Of a stretch of 49,285 bases of DNA, positions 10,188 through 19,873 are shown piece by piece. Under the pieces are notes generated by a model that ran no database searches, was not told the DNA's origin, and was given only the letters and a program-made list of their open reading frames with translations. The position numbers and the translations under genes were made by a program. Position 1 is the stretch's first letter. Each line of letters opens with the position of its first letter. The stretch lies in the sequence record SRR22947727_1198; one strand, given 5' to 3'.

Positions 10188-12140
10188 TTAATTATCCAAA
10201 TGCAAATCATCGGGTAAAGCATAAGCAACAACATAATCACCGGGAGGCGTTTGAAACCATAAGTGCTGCCCAGAGGTGATAACTACATATTGCTTTCCAC
10301 TAGCCATGTAAGTCATCGGAGTAGTTTGTCCACCAGCAGGAAGCTTGTCCTTCCATAACTCCGTGCCATTGGAGGCATCGAATGCTCTTAAATAATTGTC
10401 CTGTGCAGCGGCAATGAAAATAAGACCAGATTGCGTCGCGATTGGACCTCCAATATTTGGAGTTCCCAAATTTGTTTTTATCGGCAAGGGTATTGGCAAC
10501 TTATCTTTAATTGAACCTAGAGGCACATCCCAAATAATCTCTCCACTATCAACATTGATTGCAGTTAACCCCCCCCATGGCGGTGGCGAACAGGGGGCTC
10601 CAAATGGCGATAATAACCACTCTCTTTTTACTGTATAAGGCGTTCCATTTTGAGGTGAAATATCATCTTTACTTGTTAAAGATACATTCTGAAGTGAAGC
10701 TTTATCAGCTTTAGGGATCATAGTTATGATTTGAGCAACTCTAGATGTATTAACAAATAACATTCGGCGCTTGTGGTCAAAACTGTTTCCTCCCCAATTA
10801 GCTCCACCAGCAGTGGAAGGGTAAAAAATAGTTCCCTGCTCGCTAATTGGCGTAAACGTTCCCTCTGATCTATATCTCGAAATTTTACGCCTGCAGGCCA
10901 GATAGTCAATAGGTGTAAAACCAAACGCGTCCTTAGGGTTTAATCGATCCGGAACTAGCTGTGGCGGCTTGGACGGTATGGGTTGAGATTTAGACAGGCT
11001 ATCATCATTCATAAAAGTAACCGGAGTATCAATTTCGTTTAATGGAAATATTGGTTTCCCAGTCTCTCTATTAAAAGAGAAAACATATCCCTGCTTAGTA
11101 GTTTGGATTACCGCAGGTATTTGAATGCCATTTATATTAATTTCTAATAAAGTAGGTTGTGAGGGTAGATCATAATCCCATATATCATGCCTGACCAATT
11201 GCTGTGCCCATACTAATTCACCAGATGAGGCCTTAAGAGCTACGAGAGAGTTAGCCCATCGATTGTCGCCGGGTCGAAGTCCTCCATAGAAATCTGGGGA
11301 TGGTGATGAGGTTGGAAGATAAACTAAGTCACGTTGCTCATCGACAGCCATTGCAGTCCACACATTACCACCTCCGACATTTAGTTCTTTTGGTATTGGG
11401 TCAAACTCCCAAACTTTATATCCAGTTTTAGCGTCAAAAGCCTTTATCGTTCCAAAAGGCGCATCAGCACGAAAACCGTCTACAATAGTAGACCCAACAA
11501 CAATAACATCATTAACAACTGCAACAGGTGAATTTAGCCTAATTTCACCCTCAAAAGCTGGTAATCTGTCTTGCTTTATCTTCACAGTTCCATTGCTGCC
11601 AAAACCCTCACACAACTTTCCATCACCGGCATCAATTGCAATAACCCTCAAATCATTCACAGGTATAAATAAACGATGCTTACAATGTTTGTCTTCGGTA
11701 TCCTTTTTATCAATCCACTGACTAATACCTCGGCATACATATTGGAACGGTAGCTTTAAGCCAGTTGAAACATCAGGATCAAATACCCACTGCTCTTCAC
11801 CTGTAGAGGGGTTTAATGCGATAATCCTGTTAAATGGAGTACACACAATTAATTTTCCATCTGCAATTATAGGGGTATTTTCATTAGAGCTATTAATGTT
11901 CATTTCGGCAGAGCGGCGATCAAGCTCACCTGTTCTATAAGTCCAGGCTATTTCCAAGGTTTTTATGTTTTCTGGGCTAATTTGGCTATGATTAGAATAT
12001 CTAGTGCCTGAGTCAGCACCGCCGTATTGGGGCCAATCTGAAACTCCTTCATACTCTTGAGAAAAGGTATTTAAAGGAAAAAATAAAATACAAAAAAATA
12101 AGATTTGAGACGCAATGGTACCCTTAACTAGCAATCGCAT
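10188..12140 (-). CDS. PQQ-dependent dehydrogenase (glucose/quinate dehydrogenase family, lacking the multi-TM N-terminus)
   Basis: Signal peptide; WPQYG, CRG, HDIWDYDLPSQP, GGANWGG, LPAGGQTTPMTY. Confidence 0.9.
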   Translation of the reverse strand: MRLLVKGTIASQILFFCILFFPLNTFSQEYEGVSDWPQYGGADSGTRYSNHSQISPENIKTLEIAWTYRTGELDRRSAEMNINSSNENTPIIADGKLIVCTPFNRIIALNPSTGEEQWVFDPDVSTGLKLPFQYVCRGISQWIDKKDTEDKHCKHRLFIPVNDLRVIAIDAGDGKLCEGFGSNGTVKIKQDRLPAFEGEIRLNSPVAVVNDVIVVGSTIVDGFRADAPFGTIKAFDAKTGYKVWEFDPIPKELNVGGGNVWTAMAVDEQRDLVYLPTSSPSPDFYGGLRPGDNRWANSLVALKASSGELVWAQQLVRHDIWDYDLPSQPTLLEININGIQIPAVIQTTKQGYVFSFNRETGKPIFPLNEIDTPVTFMNDDSLSKSQPIPSKPPQLVPDRLNPKDAFGFTPIDYLACRRKISRYRSEGTFTPISEQGTIFYPSTAGGANWGGNSFDHKRRMLFVNTSRVAQIITMIPKADKASLQNVSLTSKDDISPQNGTPYTVKREWLLSPFGAPCSPPPWGGLTAINVDSGEIIWDVPLGSIKDKLPIPLPIKTNLGTPNIGGPIATQSGLIFIAAAQDNYLRAFDASNGTELWKDKLPAGGQTTPMTYMASGKQYVVITSGQHLWFQTPPGDYVVAYALPDDLHLDN

Positions 12141-12670
12141 TACGAAGCTCTCTCATAACCCGCATTCCACATATGCCTTAGCACTTTCCATCGACCGTCA
12201 TTATCTCTCACAACTAAGTCGTTATATTTTAAATTATTTGATAGTTTACTTAGTGCGGCTTTAGAATCTGTTATTATCTCTGTTTCACTTTTGATTATAA
12301 CTTCTATGATATAATCATATCTTACTTGAGCAATATCATTGCTAATAAACTCTATATCCCAATCAGATAGTTTTATAATTCTATAAGATGCATTTTCAAA
12401 CACTGGAATTAAAAATTCACCATAAGCCTCTATTCCAACAATGTCAGGAGCCGATTGCGGTACCATTCTAATCTCATTGTGGAGTATTGAAAGGTACCCT
12501 TCTCTATCACCAGCTTCAACAGCTTGATTCCAAGTGCGGTAAACATTTAGTATCTCCTTTTTATCAATGCCCCTAGTATCCAATTCAGTCGGCTTTTGCA
12601 TCTCTGAACTGCACGAAATACAAAAACCTAAAGATATTGCTAAAAAATATTTTTTAAATCTATTTGACAT
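12140..12670 (-). CDS. SnoaL/DUF4440 NTF2-like lipoprotein
   Basis: Lipobox-like CISC; NTF2 pattern (WNQAVEAGD ... DGRWKV); TAATG coupling to the next gene. Confidence 0.75.
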   Translation of the reverse strand: MSNRFKKYFLAISLGFCISCSSEMQKPTELDTRGIDKKEILNVYRTWNQAVEAGDREGYLSILHNEIRMVPQSAPDIVGIEAYGEFLIPVFENASYRIIKLSDWDIEFISNDIAQVRYDYIIEVIIKSETEIITDSKAALSKLSNNLKYNDLVVRDNDGRWKVLRHMWNAGYERAS

Positions 12671-12734
12671 CTTTAAAACCTTTCGTTCGAGATTAAAGCA
12701 TACACATTTGTTTATATTGTAAATATCTCCTTTG

Positions 12735-12754
12735 CACTATCTTTATAATCAGTT
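12735..12754. promoter_or_regulatory. lux-box-like 20-mer at class II activator spacing
   Basis: CACTATCTTTATAATCAGTT followed exactly 20 nt later by TAGAAT preceded by TG (extended -10), upstream of the DUF3604 gene. Confidence 0.6.
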
Positions 12755-12805
12755 TGGTGTTTACATTCGAATGATAGAATAAAAGAAAAGAATGAGATAC
12801 AACCG

Positions 12806-14734
12806 ATGCCCTTAAACAAATTAATATTCAAATATTTTACATTTATTTTATTGCTCACATATTTTTTTTCATATCAGTCCACAAGTTACAGTCAGACAGC
12901 TGAAAAAAAACCATACTCACCTTCTTTAAATAATCAGCATCCAGATAAGATTTTATGGGGTGACCTTCATTTACATTCCAATATTTCAATGGACGCATTC
13001 AATCTAGGTAATGAGTCTTTAACACCGGGTGATGCTTATAAATTTGCTCGCGGTGAAACTATTAATAGCACTGCTGGAGGAGCTGCTAAACTAGCAAGGC
13101 CTTTAGACTTTCTTTCGGTAACAGATCATGCAGAGTATTTAGGAGTTATGGCAGGCTTAACAGACCCTAAAGTATCAAATTGGAATGTGTCTAATGGTTT
13201 GGAACAGAGTTCACTCAAAGAAGCATTATTAAATTCCCATGTTGGCTACAAATGGAACGAATATATAAAAAACTCTGAGCAATCCAAAATTCTTGACGAA
13301 TTTATCGCCGCAGTAAACAAGTCGGGAGAAGCCGAGCTTATTCCAGAAAATTTACAAAGGTCAGTTTGGGAAAAGGTTTCAAGTATCGCAGATGAATACA
13401 ACGACCCAGGGAAATTTACAGCACTTGTCGGGTATGAATGGACTACAATATATGAAGGGAACAACCTTCATAGAGTTGTCTTGTTTAAAGATGGTAAAGA
13501 AAAAGCATCTCAAATACGCCCATTTTCAGCAATAGATAGTCAAAACCCAGAAGACCTATGGGAATCTTTGGCACAATATGAATTAAAAACAAAAGGTGAA
13601 GTGTTAGCTATCCCTCATAATGGAAACCTAAGTAATGGCGCTATGTTTTCTGATATGGACTTAAACGGCAATCCCATTGATCTGAATTATGCAGAAATGC
13701 GAGCAAAGTGGGAACCTATTTACGAAGTAACTCAAGTTAAAGGAGATGGTGAAACACATCCAAAAATTTCTCCAAATGATGAATTTTCTGATTTTGAAAC
13801 ATGGGACACTGGAAATATTGCAATGTCTGAAGACAAAGAAGATTATATGCTAAAGTATGAATATGCTAGATCAGCATTAAATTTAGGTTTAAAAATTAAA
13901 GATAAGGTGGGTGTTAATCCATTCAAATTTGGAATGATTGGAAGTACCGACTCTCATACAGCCCTTGCAACTTCCGACAACGATAATTTTTTTGGTAAAT
14001 TTCCTGGTTCAGAGCCTACTATTGGAAGGTTTACAAATAAAATGGCTGACAGTCTATGGCCAAACATAACAATTAGTTCCTCTGGGTATACAGCTGTTTG
14101 GGCCAAAGAAAACACACGTGAAGAAATATTCAACGCATTAAAAAGAAAAGAAGTATATGCAACTACAGGCCCTAGAATTGCACTCAGGTTATTCGGTGGA
14201 TGGAATTTAAACTCTGATGATTTGTACGCTTCCAACTTTGCTATAAGGTCTTACGGCAAAGGAGTGCCTATGGGAGGTACATTAATAAAATCAAAAATGA
14301 AAAATGATGCACCTACATTTCTTATCAGAGCTATGCGAGATCCAATTGGGGCAAATCTTGATCGCGTTCAAATCATTAAAGGCTGGTTAGATGAAAACAA
14401 TTTGATGCGCGAAAAAATATACAATGTGTCATTATCAGGAAATCGTAAAGCGAATAAAGATGGGATAATTGAGCCTGTTGGAAATACAGTGAACTTAGAT
14501 GAAGCGACTTATTCCAATAGTATAGGCTCAACTGAGCTTACAGCGGTTTGGAAAGATCCAAATTTTAACAAAAATATTGATGCTTTTTATTATGTTAGAG
14601 TTCTTGAAATACCAACTCCAAGATGGTCTACATATGATGCCGTAAGATTTGGAGTTGATAGGCCAGAAAATGTCCCATCAACATTACAAGAAAGAGCTTA
14701 CAGTTCACCAATATGGTACGACTCTATGAAATAG
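12806..14734 (+). CDS. DUF3604 secreted PHP-like metallohydrolase
   Basis: Signal peptide; WGDLHLHS, TDHAE, PHNGN, GSTDSH metal motifs; C-terminal QERAYSSPIWY. Confidence 0.88.
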   Translation: MPLNKLIFKYFTFILLLTYFFSYQSTSYSQTAEKKPYSPSLNNQHPDKILWGDLHLHSNISMDAFNLGNESLTPGDAYKFARGETINSTAGGAAKLARPLDFLSVTDHAEYLGVMAGLTDPKVSNWNVSNGLEQSSLKEALLNSHVGYKWNEYIKNSEQSKILDEFIAAVNKSGEAELIPENLQRSVWEKVSSIADEYNDPGKFTALVGYEWTTIYEGNNLHRVVLFKDGKEKASQIRPFSAIDSQNPEDLWESLAQYELKTKGEVLAIPHNGNLSNGAMFSDMDLNGNPIDLNYAEMRAKWEPIYEVTQVKGDGETHPKISPNDEFSDFETWDTGNIAMSEDKEDYMLKYEYARSALNLGLKIKDKVGVNPFKFGMIGSTDSHTALATSDNDNFFGKFPGSEPTIGRFTNKMADSLWPNITISSSGYTAVWAKENTREEIFNALKRKEVYATTGPRIALRLFGGWNLNSDDLYASNFAIRSYGKGVPMGGTLIKSKMKNDAPTFLIRAMRDPIGANLDRVQIIKGWLDENNLMREKIYNVSLSGNRKANKDGIIEPVGNTVNLDEATYSNSIGSTELTAVWKDPNFNKNIDAFYYVRVLEIPTPRWSTYDAVRFGVDRPENVPSTLQERAYSSPIWYDSMK

Positions 14735-14851
14735 CTGACCTTTTAAAAAATAACATATCGTCGTAAAAAGAATAAATACCTCATCTTATTAACAGCTTTA
14801 AATACTTAATGATTTTTTGCGACTATACTTTGGTCAATTAAGGAGAAGTAC

Positions 14852-15388
14852 ATGCAAAATATGAGTGACCGCGAAGCAATACACGACATATTATGTCTAT
14901 ACACACATGCTATAGATCGCCGACGTTGGGATATAATGGCAAGGTTATTTCACCCGGATGCTGTTTTTCTATTTGGCGAGGTCGCAGGTGATTGGCAAGG
15001 TTTTGTTGAGCAAGCAAAAGCCATAATAGATCCGATGCCATCGACACACCACCAGCTAGGGAATACAATTTATCACTTTGATGGAAATACAGCAATTACG
15101 GAAACATACTGTACTGCTGTACATATCATTCCTGCTGACTATCCTGATGGATTCCCAATGAAACCAACAGGAAAAAGATATTTATGTACAGTCGGGTTAC
15201 GTTATATCGACAGATTTGAAAAAAGAAATAATGAGTGGAGGATAGCAAGCCGCAATGGAGTTTTTGATTGGCGGAACGATGAAGACTTCAATGATGGCGG
15301 AGTTTTAGATGGCCCTCCTGAAATGCTTGGAAAACATGATGATACTGACCCATCAACGCCTATTACAACAAAATGGAGATCTCTTTAA
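14852..15388 (+). CDS. SnoaL_4 NTF2-like protein (LinA/BaiE-like)
   Basis: YTHAIDRRRW, HHQLGN, RYIDRFEKRNNEWRIASR; AAGGAG RBS. Confidence 0.85.
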   Translation: MQNMSDREAIHDILCLYTHAIDRRRWDIMARLFHPDAVFLFGEVAGDWQGFVEQAKAIIDPMPSTHHQLGNTIYHFDGNTAITETYCTAVHIIPADYPDGFPMKPTGKRYLCTVGLRYIDRFEKRNNEWRIASRNGVFDWRNDEDFNDGGVLDGPPEMLGKHDDTDPSTPITTKWRSL

Positions 15389-17577
15389 TTCACTTTAGAG
15401 AGTTTAACAGGTATTGCACTCATTATTGGGATCCCAGTTATTGGATCAAAATTCTTGTCATTGAAAGATAGCCGCCCGGTGTTGCCTCCAGAATTAATTG
15501 GATCATCTTCCTCATCAGGATTTGTCCCCCAGCCATGTGGAACTGCCAAACAACCTACTTTTACATCTGCTGCAGAGTAACTTTTGCATTTTATAGACGA
15601 ACGTTCAGAGGTTATTTCGACTAAGTCTCCATCATTAATACCTAACTGCAGCATATCACTCGGGTTTATATATGCAGGGTGATGTGGCAAACGTTTTTTA
15701 AGGTTTAGTGATTCATGCCATGCTGAGTTTAACGCATCTTTTAAACGCCTTGAAATTAGTCGGAAAGGGTATGATTCAGCTATAGTACAATCCTCAAATT
15801 TTAAGGCTATGTCTTTAAGTTTTGAAATCATAATTGGATGCCCAATATTTAGATATCCCGGCCAATCATCAGGACGCTTCTGTATTGTATCAGGCTTTCG
15901 GTCAAATCTTTTACCTTTAAAAGAATTTAAATCTTTTCGTGCCTCAGTATAGGAAACAGGTGATCCTTTTAATATAGCTTCCCAAATAGATATTGGGTCT
16001 GGAAAAGGCTCATTCGTTTTAATTATTGTTTGATTTTTAGCGGCTTCGTTCGGGTCAACAAAAGCCATTGAATTTACTGTTAAATCTAAACCTAACTCTT
16101 TTGCCATTTCATAAAAAAACTCTTGTTCCTCGCAGAGATTTGAACCTTGAGGTACATCTAATATTGGATCGCAAATTTGGCCGTAAGTATCTTCGTAGCC
16201 CCAACCATTCCCAAAATTACCAAGTAATTCATTCGGCGCAGAAGTTGAGTATCTTTCATAATGTATCTTTGGAGCAATTATATAGTCTGATAAAATTCCT
16301 GTCTTTGTTTTTCGCGGGTCAAAACAAGCAAGAAGTTCAAGCTGCTTCATTGCCTCAAACGTTTTTATTTGATCTGGCCATGCTAGCATAGGGTTTCCAC
16401 CGAGTACTAAAAGAGCTTTCACTTGCCCTTTTCCTGGAGTTAATATTTCATCTGCTAAAGCCCCAGTTGGTAAACCAGCTGTGGATTCCTCTAGATCCCT
16501 AACTCTGAGTTTTTTACCAAACCCGGTGGCTGGAATAGATCCAGATCCTGCAGCGATAGGGGGGAAACCATTCACAAAAACACCTACATTTTCCTTTATT
16601 TCACCTTCTCGTCTCCAATGCCCCATAAGCGACATTATTACCTTTCCTAGGTATTCAGATATGTTTCCTGCACCCGACATATTTGGACCCGTACCTAGGC
16701 TTATATCTGCCTTTTTAAATGAACCATAGAGCCTTGCAGCTTTGAGTAGTTCCTTTGCGGTGACTCCAGCTAATGCTGCTACTTTTTCAGGCGTATATGG
16801 CTTAACAGCTTCAACTAGCTTAGAAAAACCCTTAGTTTCTTTTTCTATAAAATCTTTATCATAATAATTTTCCTGAATTATGGTTCTGATTATACAAGCC
16901 AATATTTCTGCATCATAGCCAGGGTTACACTGTAAGTGCAGATCTGCTTGCTTAGCCGTTTCAGTAACACGAGGATCGATAACAATTAATTTCATGCCTC
17001 TTTTTTTGGCTTCATGTAAATTTTTTGCTGGATTTGCCCCTACTCCGCCAAGCATTGAAACAAGCGGATTAGAGCCCATAACTAAGAGTCCATCCCATTC
17101 TTTGTGACGATAGCCACCGGCCAACCATATACCATGAAGTGCCGCTGATATAGCTTTTCCAGGCTGGTCTATAGTAACGCTGGTGAAAATCATTTGGCTT
17201 TTTATGGCTTTCATAAAAGCTAAAGCAAAAGCATGAGATGGAAAAGTGTTATACCCGAATGTTCCGATATATAATGCGACACTATCTGGACCATGTTCAC
17301 CTATAATTGATTTTATTTTGACGGCCATTTCTTTAGCAGCAATTTTCCAATCACAAACAACATGCTCACCGGAAGTCTTCTTCAGGGAGTGCTTCAAGCG
17401 AGATGGATAACTATGATAATTTTGTAAATCTCTACCTTTTGAGCAAGAAAATCCTGCATATGCTGGATTATCTTTATTTCCATGAGTGGATACAGGTTTA
17501 CCATCTTTAAAATCAACGATTAATCCACACTGCGCATGACAGGCCCTACAAATTACATGTTTTTGCTCTATAAACAA
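15385..17577 (-). CDS. Molybdopterin (bis-MGD) oxidoreductase with N-terminal 4Fe-4S cluster
   Basis: CxxCxxxC...C (CRACHAQC...CSKG), VIDPR, GGNP, C-terminal MGD-binding domain; no Tat signal seen. Confidence 0.9.
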   Translation of the reverse strand: MFIEQKHVICRACHAQCGLIVDFKDGKPVSTHGNKDNPAYAGFSCSKGRDLQNYHSYPSRLKHSLKKTSGEHVVCDWKIAAKEMAVKIKSIIGEHGPDSVALYIGTFGYNTFPSHAFALAFMKAIKSQMIFTSVTIDQPGKAISAALHGIWLAGGYRHKEWDGLLVMGSNPLVSMLGGVGANPAKNLHEAKKRGMKLIVIDPRVTETAKQADLHLQCNPGYDAEILACIIRTIIQENYYDKDFIEKETKGFSKLVEAVKPYTPEKVAALAGVTAKELLKAARLYGSFKKADISLGTGPNMSGAGNISEYLGKVIMSLMGHWRREGEIKENVGVFVNGFPPIAAGSGSIPATGFGKKLRVRDLEESTAGLPTGALADEILTPGKGQVKALLVLGGNPMLAWPDQIKTFEAMKQLELLACFDPRKTKTGILSDYIIAPKIHYERYSTSAPNELLGNFGNGWGYEDTYGQICDPILDVPQGSNLCEEQEFFYEMAKELGLDLTVNSMAFVDPNEAAKNQTIIKTNEPFPDPISIWEAILKGSPVSYTEARKDLNSFKGKRFDRKPDTIQKRPDDWPGYLNIGHPIMISKLKDIALKFEDCTIAESYPFRLISRRLKDALNSAWHESLNLKKRLPHHPAYINPSDMLQLGINDGDLVEITSERSSIKCKSYSAADVKVGCLAVPHGWGTNPDEEDDPINSGGNTGRLSFNDKNFDPITGIPIMSAIPVKLSKVN

Positions 17578-17609
17578 ACCATTACACTTTCTTAATTTTA
17601 TTTATTAGA

Positions 17610-18770
17610 TCATTCCACTAAAGAGCTGAGTTGCTTTTTTTTGATCTTTTTTGCTAAAGACCATTTATGAACTTCGGTAGGTCCATCATAAATTCTAAAA
17701 GCTCTTATCTCTCTAAAAAATTGCTCTACTATTGTGTCGCCGCTAACACCTATTCCACCCATTATTTGAACGCATCTATCAGCAACTCTGAATAAAGCTT
17801 CGGAAACTGCAACTTTTGCCATAGAACTCTCGACATTTCCATGTTCGCCGCGATCTAATGCATCAGCGCACCAGTCAATTATTAGCTCACTTTGAGTTAA
17901 GTCTATCTTATTCTCGGCCAACATAAAGCCTACACCCTCATGATCCACCAAAAGCTTACCGAACGCTTCACGCTTACAGGCATAATCGATAGCAATCTCT
18001 TGAGCTCTGCGACCTAAACCTGTCCATCGCATACAATGAGACAACCTCGCAGGGGCAAGTCTTATTTGAGCAAGGCGAAAACCTTCTCCTGGTTTTCCAA
18101 GCATATTATCAGATGACACTCTGAGGTTTTTAATTAACACTTCAGAATGCCCACCAGGCATTGAGCTATCAATTGTATCTAATACTCTTTCTATTTGAAC
18201 AGATGGATTTGGCAAATCAACAAGAAATAAACACGCTCCTTCTTCAGAATTAGCCATAATAATTCCGACTTTAGCTCCATCAGCTCCAGTAATAAAGGTT
18301 TTTCTACCATTAATTACCCAATGGTTACCATCAAGAATAGCCGTGGTTTTCATCATAGAGGGGTCCGATCCTGCGCCACCTGTTCTAGCTGGTTCAGTCA
18401 TAAAAAAGGCTGACCGGGCGATACCTTTTTTTAATGGATTTAAGAAATGTTTCTTCTGTTGCGCACTGGCTGCCTTACCTAAAAGAAACATATTACCTTC
18501 ATCAGGAGCAGATGTATTACATGCAACTGATCCTAAAGGTGATAAACCTGTAATTTTTAATAAAGCAGCAGTGTCCCTTTGTGAACGATGGTCACCATTA
18601 TTTAATATATGTGGCGTCATAAACCCAGCAAGGCGGGCTTTATTTCTTAATTCGACAACTAGATCTTCATCAGGACCATGACCACCATTTCGTGGGTCAT
18701 TTTCATAAGGAACTACCTCGTTTCTTATAAATAGTTCTATATCATTTAATAATTCAATAAAATTAGACAT
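17610..18770 (-). CDS. Acyl-CoA dehydrogenase family, ACAD10/11-LvaC type
   Basis: APDEGNM, FFMTEP..GAGSDP, RLAPARLSHCMRW, RIYDGPTEVH. Confidence 0.85.
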   Translation of the reverse strand: MSNFIELLNDIELFIRNEVVPYENDPRNGGHGPDEDLVVELRNKARLAGFMTPHILNNGDHRSQRDTAALLKITGLSPLGSVACNTSAPDEGNMFLLGKAASAQQKKHFLNPLKKGIARSAFFMTEPARTGGAGSDPSMMKTTAILDGNHWVINGRKTFITGADGAKVGIIMANSEEGACLFLVDLPNPSVQIERVLDTIDSSMPGGHSEVLIKNLRVSSDNMLGKPGEGFRLAQIRLAPARLSHCMRWTGLGRRAQEIAIDYACKREAFGKLLVDHEGVGFMLAENKIDLTQSELIIDWCADALDRGEHGNVESSMAKVAVSEALFRVADRCVQIMGGIGVSGDTIVEQFFREIRAFRIYDGPTEVHKWSLAKKIKKKQLSSLVE

Positions 18771-19871
18771 TTAAAACCCATTACTTGTTGCTACTTTATC
18801 TATATGATAATTTGTATTACCAAACATTTTTTCAGATACAGACACACGTTTCAGATACAACCCAACATCATATTCATCCGTCATCCCAATGCCGCCATGA
18901 AGCTGTATTGAGTCATTGGTGACCAATTTAGAAACCTGACCTGACTTTGCCTTCGACATTGTGCAGAATTTCAGAGCATCAACATGATTATCCTGGAGTA
19001 GTTTCGCCGCTTTAAAGTTCAGCGCTTCAGAGATTTTAAGTTCAGTATACAATTTGGCCATTCTATGATGAAGCGATTGAAATGTTCCTATTATTTTCCC
19101 AAATTGCTCTCTATTCTTTAGATAGTCTAAGGTTAAATCAAAAGCTGCAGCAGCACTTCCATATTGTTCAGCAGCATACATTAAAGCACCGAATGCTTTT
19201 ATTTTAGCATTTGCATCAGATGAGATCGGGGATGCTCCAATAATATCTTCTTCTGATATTTCATAATTAGAAAAACTTAATTCAGAAAATTGACGCCCAT
19301 CTATAGTTGTGAATGTTTTTTGAACTATATTATCACTATCTATGGTAGCGACTATCAGGAAATCTTTACCTGAATTCTCATCTTTAACTTTTATAAGAAC
19401 ATTATCAGCATTTTTAGCATTGAGAACTTCAAATACCAAACCGGATATAATTATTTTAGAGTTTACCCTTGTTAATGATGGTAAATTATTAGTAAGATTA
19501 CTGCCAAAAGAAGATGTAAGAATAGTTTTTCCAGAGGCAATTAAGCTTAACCAAAGCTTTTTTTGATTATATGTTCCTAACAAATTGATAACATAACTAG
19601 ATAATAAAGATGAACAAATAATTGGTGATAATAATAAGGATCGTCCTATATTTTCTGCCATCAAACAAGCTGATACCAAGCCTAAATCAGACCCTCCAAA
19701 CTCCTCATCAATTAGTAAACCTGTCCATCCCATTTCAGAGAGACTTTTGCACGTATCAGTGTGAATACTTACACCTGATGTAATCATTTCTCGCAAACTG
19801 TCGATTGGTCTGGATTGAGATAGGAATCCACTAATTGCCTCTCGTAACATTATGTGATCTTCATTCAGCAT
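18771..19871 (-). CDS. Acyl-CoA dehydrogenase, degenerate partner subunit of a heterotetrameric pair
   Basis: REQFG..IGTFQ and QLHGGIGMTDE present; FAD-binding SEP-GSD motif absent; adjacent to a FadE-type partner. Confidence 0.85.
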   Translation of the reverse strand: MLNEDHIMLREAISGFLSQSRPIDSLREMITSGVSIHTDTCKSLSEMGWTGLLIDEEFGGSDLGLVSACLMAENIGRSLLLSPIICSSLLSSYVINLLGTYNQKKLWLSLIASGKTILTSSFGSNLTNNLPSLTRVNSKIIISGLVFEVLNAKNADNVLIKVKDENSGKDFLIVATIDSDNIVQKTFTTIDGRQFSELSFSNYEISEEDIIGASPISSDANAKIKAFGALMYAAEQYGSAAAAFDLTLDYLKNREQFGKIIGTFQSLHHRMAKLYTELKISEALNFKAAKLLQDNHVDALKFCTMSKAKSGQVSKLVTNDSIQLHGGIGMTDEYDVGLYLKRVSVSEKMFGNTNYHIDKVATSNGF

Positions 19872-19873
19872 AT

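Noticed and set aside
14821-14839. Additional lux-like box upstream of the SnoaL_4 gene (GACTATACTTTGGTCAATT)
   Set aside because: Spacing is one base short and the AG is missing.
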